A stretch of 64,000 nt of DNA from [Candidatus Thermochlorobacteriaceae] bacterium GBChlB (GTDB taxonomy: Bacteria > Bacteroidota > Chlorobiia > Chlorobiales > Thermochlorobacteraceae). This document shows, piece by piece, positions 27,335-35,679 of the stretch. How positions within the stretch are numbered: position 1 is the first letter of the stretch; every line of letters starts with the position of its first letter. The DNA lies in contig JPGV01000010.1 of the NCBI GenBank assembly GCA_000724175.1, positions 61,199 to 125,198 on the forward strand, given 5' to 3'. The notes beneath the pieces are model-generated. The model had not been told where the DNA came from. It did not search any database and saw only the letters and a list, made by a program, of their open reading frames with translations. The translations under genes and the position numbers were made by a program.

Positions 27335-27970
27335 ATGAGCCAAGAAGATTTGTTTGGAAACGTCGTTTCCAAAGATGCGCTGTCGCCGACGGCAGCGCTG
27401 CAACAATATCAATCGCTGAAAGAACTCTTCGAGGCAACGAAGGACTGCCAGAAGTGCAAGCTCGGCAAGACGCGCAAAAATTATGTCTTTGGCGAAGGCA
27501 CCGAACAGGCAAAGCTCGTTGTCGTTGGCGAAGCGCCGGGCGCTGATGAAGATGAAACTGGTCGACCGTTTGTCGGGCGCTCTGGCGAACTCTTGAACAA
27601 AATTCTGTCCTCAGTCAAGTTTGAACGCAGCGATGTTTATATCTGCAATATTGTCAAATCTCGACCGCCGCAAAATCGAAATCCCGAACCCGACGAAATC
27701 GAGGCGTGTTTGCCCTATCTCTTGCGGCAGATTGAACTCATACGCCCGAAAATGATTCTGGCGCTCGGTAAAGTCGCAGCGAATACATTGCTCGAGAACA
27801 ATCTGAGCATGACAGCAATGCGCGGCAAAGTGCATCGCTGGAAGTCCATCGATGTTGTAGCTACCTACCACCCTGCCGCGCTGCTCAGAAATCCGAATTG
27901 GAAAAAACTCTGCTGGGAGGACGTTCAAATGATGCGGCGACATTACGACGAAAAATACGGCGGCGGGTGA
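27335..27970 (+). CDS. Uracil-DNA glycosylase family 4 (Fe-S)
   Basis: CQKC, GEAPG..ED..GRPFVGRSG, NIVKSRPPQNR.P, YHPAALLR; ATG at 27335. Confidence 0.93.
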   Translation: MSQEDLFGNVVSKDALSPTAALQQYQSLKELFEATKDCQKCKLGKTRKNYVFGEGTEQAKLVVVGEAPGADEDETGRPFVGRSGELLNKILSSVKFERSDVYICNIVKSRPPQNRNPEPDEIEACLPYLLRQIELIRPKMILALGKVAANTLLENNLSMTAMRGKVHRWKSIDVVATYHPAALLRNPNWKKLCWEDVQMMRRHYDEKYGGG

Positions 27971-28079
27971 GGTCGTCCTATGGGGCTTGATGTTACAAGC
28001 GCTTTCAGGCTTAGACAAGCACATTTTGAAGTAAATCAGACATCAAACAAGAAGTAACCGTTTTACCTAACCTTTCACT

Positions 28080-29666
28080 TTGAATCGCATGGCAGGCGGA
28101 TTTATCGATAGAAGTCAAGAAACAAGTGGCAGCTACCCGCTTGAAAAGTTCATGAAGGTGCGCAAAGGCTTCCGCGAGGAAGTTGATTTCACCAAAGAAG
28201 GGCGCGTGCCTCCCAATGCTGTGGAGGTCGAGCAAGAGGTCTTAGGTTCGATTCTCCTTCAAAGCGATGCGATTCAAAAAGTCATTGAAATTTTTGGCGA
28301 TGAATCAGACGCAATTTTTTATGAACATAAACACCGCGTGATTTACAAAGCGATGCTGCGGCTGTATAATCGGCGCGAGGCGATTGACATCATCACGCTC
28401 ACCGACGAATTGAAGCGCCAAGAGGAATTGGAAAAAGTCGGCGGCAGCTATGCCATTGCAGAACTCTCGAACAAAGTCGCCACCGCTGCCAATGTCGAGT
28501 ACTACGCCATTATCGTCAAGGAAAAATATCTGTATCGTCGGTTAATTGCGATTGCCACGCAAGTCTCTGCCGCTGCGTATGACCAATCTATCGATGTCTT
28601 CGATTTGATTGAACAAGCCTCGCAGGAGGTCTTTCGCGTCTCGCAAGCCGGCATCAAGAAAAAAGCCTCCGACATCAAAACATTGCTCAAAGATGCCACG
28701 AAGCTCATCGAGGCATTGCAGCAGCGCAAGAGTTCAGTTACGGGCGTGGCATCAGGCTTTCCTGATTTGGACAAACTCACGGCGGGCTTCCAACGCTCCG
28801 ATATGATCATCATTGCGGCGCGTCCCTCAACGGGAAAAACTGCGCTGGCATTGGCATTCGCGCGCAACGCTGCGGTCGAGACCAAAACGCCCGTCCTGTT
28901 TTTCAGCCTTGAAATGGCGGAGCAACAGTTGGCGATTCGTATGCTCTGCGCCGAAGCGATGGCGGATTCCAACGCGGTCAGAACGGGTCGCGTCTCGTCG
29001 CAAGACATGGTGAACATCATGGCGCGGATGGACAAACTTGCGCAGTCGCCGATTTTCATCGACGACACGGCGGGCATCTCGATTATCGAGCTCGGCGCGA
29101 AAGCGCGACGAATGAAGCAAGAGCATAACATCGGCATGATTATCATCGACTACTTGCAGCTCATCACGCCCGTCAAAGATGGCAAGAACAGCCGCGAACA
29201 AGAAATCGCGCAAATTTCTCGTTCACTCAAAGCGCTGGCGAAGGAATTGCAAATCCCAGTGATTGCACTCGCGCAGCTTAACCGCTCGATTGAACAGCGT
29301 GGCGGCGACCGCAAGCCGCAACTTTCCGACCTGCGCGAATCAGGCAGCATTGAGCAAGACGCCGACGTGGTGATGTTTCTCTCGCGTCCCGAAGCCTACG
29401 GCGTGCAGAATTTTCCCGACGGCAGCTCGACGAAAGATGTGATTGTGGTTGATGTCGGCAAGCAGCGTAATGGTCCGGTTGGCGATGTGAAATTGAAGTT
29501 CCTCAAACAATATGGCAAGTTCGAATCGCTGACCTCAACTTACAGCGCTGAGGACTTTGCCACGCTCGACCAGCGCAAGTTGGAACGCGCCGCCGATAAT
29601 TTAGAGCGCGACAATCTGCCGCCTGAACCACTCAACACACTTAACCCAGACGACGCGCCGTTCTAA
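28080..29666 (+). CDS. dnaB: Replicative DNA helicase (start uncertain, 28080-28152)
   Basis: PP...EVEQEVLG, AARPSTGKT, FSLEM, IDYLQL, QLNR, DLRESGSIEQDAD, KQRNGP; no intein. Confidence 0.97.
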   Translation: MNRMAGGFIDRSQETSGSYPLEKFMKVRKGFREEVDFTKEGRVPPNAVEVEQEVLGSILLQSDAIQKVIEIFGDESDAIFYEHKHRVIYKAMLRLYNRREAIDIITLTDELKRQEELEKVGGSYAIAELSNKVATAANVEYYAIIVKEKYLYRRLIAIATQVSAAAYDQSIDVFDLIEQASQEVFRVSQAGIKKKASDIKTLLKDATKLIEALQQRKSSVTGVASGFPDLDKLTAGFQRSDMIIIAARPSTGKTALALAFARNAAVETKTPVLFFSLEMAEQQLAIRMLCAEAMADSNAVRTGRVSSQDMVNIMARMDKLAQSPIFIDDTAGISIIELGAKARRMKQEHNIGMIIIDYLQLITPVKDGKNSREQEIAQISRSLKALAKELQIPVIALAQLNRSIEQRGGDRKPQLSDLRESGSIEQDADVVMFLSRPEAYGVQNFPDGSSTKDVIVVDVGKQRNGPVGDVKLKFLKQYGKFESLTSTYSAEDFATLDQRKLERAADNLERDNLPPEPLNTLNPDDAPF

Positions 29667-29701
29667 ATGCAAGCAAAAACACTTTGTAGCTTTCAGTGTT
29701 A

Positions 29702-30034
29702 TACCAAGATAATTAGAAGAGGAGTAGATTTTACCGCGGTGTCATTGCGAACGAAGCGAGGAATCCATCTTTATGCTTGGATTCTTCATTCCGCTTTGCG
29801 GGAGTCATACCAATATGACTTCAAGAGATGCAGGTTTTCAGAGAAGAGTGTCATACCGACGCGAAAGCATGCCCCGTTGAAAAACGGGGGCGGTATCCAT
29901 CTGTGAACACCCCTAAGATAATGGATCCGGCTTTCGCCGGAATGACAATGGTCGTTCTCAAATAAAATCTATGCCTTTTCAAATGATATTGGTATCAGAA
30001 CGACAACTCCTATCTGCTTCAAATTATATCCGTA
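29702..30034. mobile_element. Outer MITE-like element flanked by a TTA target duplication, interrupted by a second MITE
   Basis: TTA|TACCAAGATAATT...AATTATATCCGTA|TTA with imperfect terminal inverted repeats. Internal REP-like pair GTCATTGCGAACGAAGCGAGGAATCC / GGATTCTTCATTCCG...CAGAACGAC. Confidence 0.65.
29808..29994. mobile_element. Inner 187-bp MITE with TCA target duplication
   Basis: TCA|TACCAATAT...ATATTGGTA|TCA with a perfect 9-bp terminal inverted repeat and internal REP-like hairpins (GCCCCGTTGAAAAACGGGGGC; CCGGCTTTCGCCGGAATGAC). Confidence 0.75.
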
Positions 30035-31081
30035 TTATGCGGTTTCACGCAAAATCAGTTCCGGCGCGACTCGGAGCGACTGCGGCTTTTGTGATGGATA
30101 CTGCAGCCGGCGCATCAGGAACTCCACTGCGGCACGTCCCATTTGTCGAATCGGCTGTCGAACTGTCGAGAGCGCGGGCAGTGCGATTCGTGCAATTGGC
30201 TGGTCATCGAAGCCTATGACGGCCACATCAGCTGGCACGCGGAAGCCGTGTTGAAGCAGTGCGCGCACCGCGCCCGTTGCCACCTCGTCGCCGTTGGCAC
30301 AGAACAAGGCATCGACCATCGGCATCGATTGTTCTTTCACTTTTTTCAGCAGTTCTTCGATGAGCTTGACGCCCTCGTTGAAGTTGAACTTCTCTTCAGT
30401 TTCATACAAGACTTTTATCAATAGGTCGTCGCGGACGGGAAGTTTGTATTTTTTGAGCGCGGCAAGATGCCCTTCCAATCGTTCGCTCATGACGGTGCTG
30501 GACGAGGCGTAGGGAAATAGAATCCGCCGTCGCCCAAGTTTGATGAGATACTCTGTGGCTTCAAATGCCCCGCGCACGTTATCGACCGAAACCGAGTCGA
30601 TGGTTTTAATATCGGCTTCAATTACGGCACAGGGCAGTTGATACGATGCGTAGACTTTCGTGCGTTTTTCGGTATGGTCAAAGAGTTGAACGACAAGTCC
30701 GTCGACTTGCTTGCCGCGCGCGATATTGCGGTAAATTTTTTCCTCTTCGCGTTCATTATTGCCCGCTGTGCTGTAAATGACCAAGTTATAGCCCGACCCT
30801 TTCAAGGCTTCCTCGACGCCGCGCAAGACCTCAATCGTAAATGGCTCGACCATGCTTGGCACCAATAGCCCAATCAGGTTAGTTTGTTGCTTGACCAAGC
30901 GATACGCGCTCGCGTTTGGGACGTAACTCAATCGCTCGACGATGCGCCGCACTTTGGCGACGGTCGCCTCTTTAAATTTGCCGCGCCCGTTGAGAATCAT
31001 CGAGACCGCCGCAGGCGTAATGCCTGCTTCGCGCGCAACGTCTTTGAGCGTCGCAGTTGCGTGTTTACCGTTGGATTTCAT
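30035..31081 (-). CDS. LacI-family transcriptional regulator
   Basis: TLKDVAREAGIT.AAVS.ILN HTH, YVPN..A..L hinge, VAVIGFDD, LSTVRQP..MG, LILRET. Confidence 0.95.
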   Translation of the reverse strand: MKSNGKHATATLKDVAREAGITPAAVSMILNGRGKFKEATVAKVRRIVERLSYVPNASAYRLVKQQTNLIGLLVPSMVEPFTIEVLRGVEEALKGSGYNLVIYSTAGNNEREEEKIYRNIARGKQVDGLVVQLFDHTEKRTKVYASYQLPCAVIEADIKTIDSVSVDNVRGAFEATEYLIKLGRRRILFPYASSSTVMSERLEGHLAALKKYKLPVRDDLLIKVLYETEEKFNFNEGVKLIEELLKKVKEQSMPMVDALFCANGDEVATGAVRALLQHGFRVPADVAVIGFDDQPIARIALPALSTVRQPIRQMGRAAVEFLMRRLQYPSQKPQSLRVAPELILRETA

Positions 31082-31103
31082 TTGCTACAACAATTAGGCG
31101 AAG

Positions 31104-33347
31104 TTACGGCAGATACTCGAGTTTTTCGTCCAGCGTTTGCGCCGAATTTCCGCCGACGAACACCGTGAATGTGCCGGCTTCCATCGTCGGCTTGAACGCC
31201 CTATCCAGAAACATCAGGTCTTTGGCGGAAATCGTGAACACGGCTTGTTTGGTTTCGCCCCCGCCAATGCGCAGTTTCTTAAACCCTTTGAGTTCTTTCA
31301 CTGGCCGCGTAACGCTTGCAACGTCGTCGCGCACATAGAGCTGAACAACTTCTTCGCCTGCGACTGTGCTGTTGTTGGTAACATCAACCGTAATGGTTAC
31401 ACTCTCCGACCCCCGAAATTCTCTTTGGCTCACACGCAAATTTTTATACTCAAAGCTCGAGTATGACAGCCCGTAGCCGAAGGGATAGAGCGGCGTGTTG
31501 TCAAGGTCAATGTAGCGCGACTTATATCGGTCGTTTGGATTTTGTGGATTGATGGGGCGTCCAGTGTTTTTATGGTTGTAGTAAATGGGAATTTGTCCAA
31601 CGCTGCGAGGAAACGTCATAGTCAGTTTGCCGCTTGGATTCACGTCGCCAAACAACACATCTGCGATGGCATTGCCGGCCTCAATGCCTAAATGCCACGC
31701 TTCCACAATTGCGGGAACCTTCTCTGCTGTCCAGACAATTGAGAGCGGCCTGCCATTTGTCAATACCACGACCATTGGCTTATTCAAGGTATGCAGTTCT
31801 TTTATCAAGTCTTCCTGAACGCCCGGTAAGTCTAACGAGGCACGGCTGTGCGCTTCGCCCGTCATATCGGCTGTTTCGCCGACCACAACCACGACCGCGT
31901 CAGATTTCTTTGCGGCTTTAATCGCCTCGACAAATCCTGCTTTCGAGAGCGATTCCTTCCCGCGCGTCGCTTCATAGCCTTTTGAGTAAATAACGGTTGT
32001 TTTATCGCTTACTTGCTTTTTGATACCGTCAAGCACAGACACGGCGTCTTCTGGCCTGCCGACCATCTCCCATTCGCCGAGCATATCGCGCTTGCTTTCC
32101 GCCAGTCCGCCGATGACAGCAAGCGTTTTCAGGTCTTTGCGAAGCGGAAGCATGTTCTTGTCGTTTTTAAGCAACACAATCGATTTCTGCGCTGCTTCTC
32201 TGGCGAGCGCGCGGTGCGCTGGGTTCAGCACTAATGCTTTTTCACGCTCGGCATTGCAGTAGCGAAATGGGTCATCGAAGAGACCGAGCTTAAATTTGGC
32301 GAGCAGAACGCGGCGCACCGCTTGGTTCAACACAGCGTCGGAGACTTTCCCAGCGCGCACTTCTTTGGCAAGATTCACATAGAGTTCGCCCTCCATATCC
32401 ATATCGACACCTGCGTTTATTGCCAGCACGGCGGCGTCATCATTGGTTTTTGCCGCGCCGTGAACGCGCGACTCGTTGATGGATTCCCAATCGCTGACGA
32501 CCATGCCCTTGAAGTTCCATTCGCCGCGTAACACATCGGTCATTAAAAATCGGCTAAGCGTTGCAGGCGTGCCGGAGATTTCGTTGAAACTTGTCATGAG
32601 CGTGGCTGCGCCTGCATCGATGGCCGCTTTGAACGGCGGGAAATAAATTTCACGTAGGGTGCGTTCCGAGACATCCACCGTGTTGTAATCGCGTCCGCCC
32701 TCAGCAGCGCCGTAAGCAACAAAGTGTTTGACGCAGGCGAGAATCGTGTTATCTGCGCTCAGGTCTGCGCCTTGAAATCCCCTCACGCGCGCCGCGGCAA
32801 TGAGCGAGCCGAGATAGGGGTCTTCGCCAGCGCCTTCAATGACCCTGCCCCAGCGCGGGTCGCGGGCGATGTCGACCATCGGCGCGAATGTCCAATGAAT
32901 GCCCGCCGCCGCAGCTTCCGTTGCCGCCATCCGCGCCGTGCGCTCTGCCAACTCCACATCCCATGCACACGATTCAGCGAGCGGAATTGGAAACGTTGTT
33001 CGATAGCCGTGAATGACGTCAAACCCGAAGAGAACAGGAATTTTCAGGCGCGATTGCATCGCTGCTTCCTGCGCTTTGCGCGTTAGGTCTGCGCCATAGA
33101 CCATCAGCATTGAGCCGATTTTGCCCTCGCGTATCTGTTGAAATTGAACTGGCAGAATACCTGCAACGCGCTTGAAGTTCGAGAGGTCGCCAGCGACTTG
33201 GTTGAGCTGTCCGAGTTTTTCTTCAACCGTCATTTGCGCAATGAGCGAATCGGCACGGCGCGTCATTTCTTGGTCGGAGAGTTGCGCGTAAGTGCTGCCG
33301 TTTGAAAAGAGAAGCGCAATAAGAAGCGCGACACAGTGTTTCAACAT
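31104..33347 (-). CDS. GH3 periplasmic beta-glucosidase (BglX-like)
   Basis: Signal peptide; DVIHGY, FAPMVDIARDPRWGR..EG.GEDPYL, CVKHF, VSDW nucleophile, LYPFGYGLSY, C-terminal Fn3-like domain. Confidence 0.93.
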   Translation of the reverse strand: MLKHCVALLIALLFSNGSTYAQLSDQEMTRRADSLIAQMTVEEKLGQLNQVAGDLSNFKRVAGILPVQFQQIREGKIGSMLMVYGADLTRKAQEAAMQSRLKIPVLFGFDVIHGYRTTFPIPLAESCAWDVELAERTARMAATEAAAAGIHWTFAPMVDIARDPRWGRVIEGAGEDPYLGSLIAAARVRGFQGADLSADNTILACVKHFVAYGAAEGGRDYNTVDVSERTLREIYFPPFKAAIDAGAATLMTSFNEISGTPATLSRFLMTDVLRGEWNFKGMVVSDWESINESRVHGAAKTNDDAAVLAINAGVDMDMEGELYVNLAKEVRAGKVSDAVLNQAVRRVLLAKFKLGLFDDPFRYCNAEREKALVLNPAHRALAREAAQKSIVLLKNDKNMLPLRKDLKTLAVIGGLAESKRDMLGEWEMVGRPEDAVSVLDGIKKQVSDKTTVIYSKGYEATRGKESLSKAGFVEAIKAAKKSDAVVVVVGETADMTGEAHSRASLDLPGVQEDLIKELHTLNKPMVVVLTNGRPLSIVWTAEKVPAIVEAWHLGIEAGNAIADVLFGDVNPSGKLTMTFPRSVGQIPIYYNHKNTGRPINPQNPNDRYKSRYIDLDNTPLYPFGYGLSYSSFEYKNLRVSQREFRGSESVTITVDVTNNSTVAGEEVVQLYVRDDVASVTRPVKELKGFKKLRIGGGETKQAVFTISAKDLMFLDRAFKPTMEAGTFTVFVGGNSAQTLDEKLEYLP

Positions 33348-33365
33348 GGTTGTGCAGTGTTTGAG

Positions 33366-35666
33366 TTAGCGTTTTCCAAAAGGCGAGGGCGGCGTTTCCA
33401 TCGCGCCGAAGCGCGTCGGTTTATCGGTCATCTCGAACTCCAACGTTGCGCCGTTTTCCAGTTCACGATGCCGAACCCATGCACGGTTAAGTTGCCGTCC
33501 ATTGAGCCGAAGCGATTTGACATAGATATTTTGCGTTGATGTATTGCGCGCGTGGATGATGAGCAATTTGTTGTTCTCCAAACGCAGCGTTGCTTTTTGA
33601 AATAGTGGGCTGCCGATGAAATACCAATCCTGTCCAGCATTTGGAAAAACGCCTAACGCGGCAAAGAGCAGCCAAGCAGATGTTGTGCCGCTATCGTCGT
33701 TGCCGGGCAAGCCATCGGGCATGGCTTTGAAATTTTCGGCCATCAATTTGCGCGACCAGAACTGTGCGCGGTCGGCGCGTCCTGCGTAGATGTATTGAAA
33801 CGGCGCGAGCATATCGGGTTCGTTGGAGACGGAGAAAAATCCTTTCGTAAACTCTGCGCCACTTCGATTGGCAAAGAGCGTGTCCCATTTTGCGGTGAAT
33901 GCGTCGTTGCCGCCCAGCCGTCGAATCAACCCGTAAAAGTCGTGCGGCACATAGCCCAAGTATTGCCATGCTGAGCCTTCGTAGTAATGCACTTCCGCGC
34001 TCCATGTCTGTCCGGGCGGGAAGACGGCAGCAGGATTGAACGGCGAGAGCCATGTGCCGTCGGATTTCTTTGGTCGAAAAAATCCCGTTTGGGCATCGAA
34101 GAGCGTAAAGATGGCTCTCGACCGCGCTTTGAACGCTTCTGCCTCTTTGCCGCGCTTCAAGTAATCGGCGACCGCCCAGACACAGTAATCATTGTAAGCA
34201 TATTCCAATGATTTGCTCACCGATTGCCAATGCGTGTCGCACGCAAGCCAGCCATTTTGCAAATACTCTCTGTATCGACCTTTGCGAGCGCTCAAGCCTG
34301 AATGCGCGGGAGGGTCGCCCGCCGCGGTCGCATTTTTTTTCAGGTAGCGATACGCGCGGTCATAATCGACGCCCTGCAAGCGTTTCACAGCAGCATCGGC
34401 GAACAGCACATCAGCGTTTGTGCCGCCCTGCATTGCGGTAAATGCGTTTCCTGTAAAGCCGTCGGGCAGCCATCCTCGGTCATCGGCAATGTCTAAGAGC
34501 GAATTGAGCATCTCGCGCTGCACACTTGGAAAGAGCAACGTGAGCAACGGGTTGAGCGTGCGGTATGTATCCCAAATCGCAAAGTAGTTGGTGAAGGCTC
34601 TGCCACTCGTTTTGAAACCGTCGGGCGTTTCGCCAGTGATGTCGGTCGGCATCAGAAGCGCGTGATAGAGTGCGGTGTAGAATATCGTTTTTTCTTCATC
34701 ACTCGCGCCCTCAATCGTGATGCGGCTCAAACGGCTGTTCCACTCTTTTCGTGCATCGGCTTTCACATCGTCAAATGTTTTTCGTTGCGCCTGCCATTCG
34801 GCGACGTATGCATCGGCGTTCTGTGCAGCGCGGTAAGACACCGCCGTCGTCAGTTCAATCGTTTTCGGATTGCCGTCGGAGATAAAATTCAGCACGACGC
34901 CACAGTTTTCTCTTTCTCCGGCAGCAATATGTGCGGCGGTCTCTACGTGGTCGTCTTTCCACACAGCATAGTTAGCAGGCAAGTCGTTCACACGAGCCGT
35001 AAAAAACGCGGTGAAGTCGGTCGGTTCTGAGCCAAAGCCGTCGGCGAATCTGCCCTGAAGTCGGACGACTCGGCCGTCTTCGGCGATGTGCGCTTCGGTT
35101 GAGGCGGCATATTGCGGGTGCGAGGCGCGCGCCGCATTAAAGATAACCCTCAGCGTGTCGCCTTTGTTACCGCCCGCAAATGTATACCGATGATGTCCAG
35201 TTCGCGCACGCGCCGTAAGTTCGGCACGCACGTTGGGCGCTGTTAAGGTTACGGCGTAGTAACCGGCCTGAGCCGTTTCATCGACGCGCGCCGATTTATA
35301 ACCGAAGGAGGAGAGTGTAATGGCGTTGCGTGCAGGCATGACCAAAAAGTTTCCGTATTCGCCGCTCCCAACGCCGCTGACTTGGTTATGCACAAAGCCG
35401 ATGATGTAACGGTTCTCGAAGCGATAACCCATATTTCCCCAGCCTTGCTCGTCGGTGTGCGGCGTGAGCGCAATCAATCCCCACGGCGGCGTCGCGCCCG
35501 GATGGGTGTTGCCGCCCGCAGCCGTGCCAATCATCGGATTGACATAGTCCGCAGGAGATTTTGACGTTTGTGCCCGCAAAGACATTTGAGAGAGCAATGC
35601 AGCTATTATACAATAACCGATTAAGACCGAGCTGATTGCGCGCGCGCAAATTTTTCCGTTCATCAT
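33366..35666 (-). CDS. GH92 alpha-mannosidase
   Basis: YVNPMIGT..GGNTHPGA, FYTALYH, WDTYRT, SKSLEYAYND, YYEG, NEPD, PGNDDSG. Confidence 0.92.
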   Translation of the reverse strand: MMNGKICARAISSVLIGYCIIAALLSQMSLRAQTSKSPADYVNPMIGTAAGGNTHPGATPPWGLIALTPHTDEQGWGNMGYRFENRYIIGFVHNQVSGVGSGEYGNFLVMPARNAITLSSFGYKSARVDETAQAGYYAVTLTAPNVRAELTARARTGHHRYTFAGGNKGDTLRVIFNAARASHPQYAASTEAHIAEDGRVVRLQGRFADGFGSEPTDFTAFFTARVNDLPANYAVWKDDHVETAAHIAAGERENCGVVLNFISDGNPKTIELTTAVSYRAAQNADAYVAEWQAQRKTFDDVKADARKEWNSRLSRITIEGASDEEKTIFYTALYHALLMPTDITGETPDGFKTSGRAFTNYFAIWDTYRTLNPLLTLLFPSVQREMLNSLLDIADDRGWLPDGFTGNAFTAMQGGTNADVLFADAAVKRLQGVDYDRAYRYLKKNATAAGDPPAHSGLSARKGRYREYLQNGWLACDTHWQSVSKSLEYAYNDYCVWAVADYLKRGKEAEAFKARSRAIFTLFDAQTGFFRPKKSDGTWLSPFNPAAVFPPGQTWSAEVHYYEGSAWQYLGYVPHDFYGLIRRLGGNDAFTAKWDTLFANRSGAEFTKGFFSVSNEPDMLAPFQYIYAGRADRAQFWSRKLMAENFKAMPDGLPGNDDSGTTSAWLLFAALGVFPNAGQDWYFIGSPLFQKATLRLENNKLLIIHARNTSTQNIYVKSLRLNGRQLNRAWVRHRELENGATLEFEMTDKPTRFGAMETPPSPFGKR

Positions 35667-35679
35667 TTTCGCTAATGGT

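Noticed and set aside
28080..29666. Intein in DnaB
   Set aside because: The helicase motifs are contiguous. The extra length is in terminal extensions only.
29667..29906. 79-aa ORF after dnaB (and 29971..30219)
   Set aside because: These read through the nested MITE or antisense to lacI and have no protein-like features.
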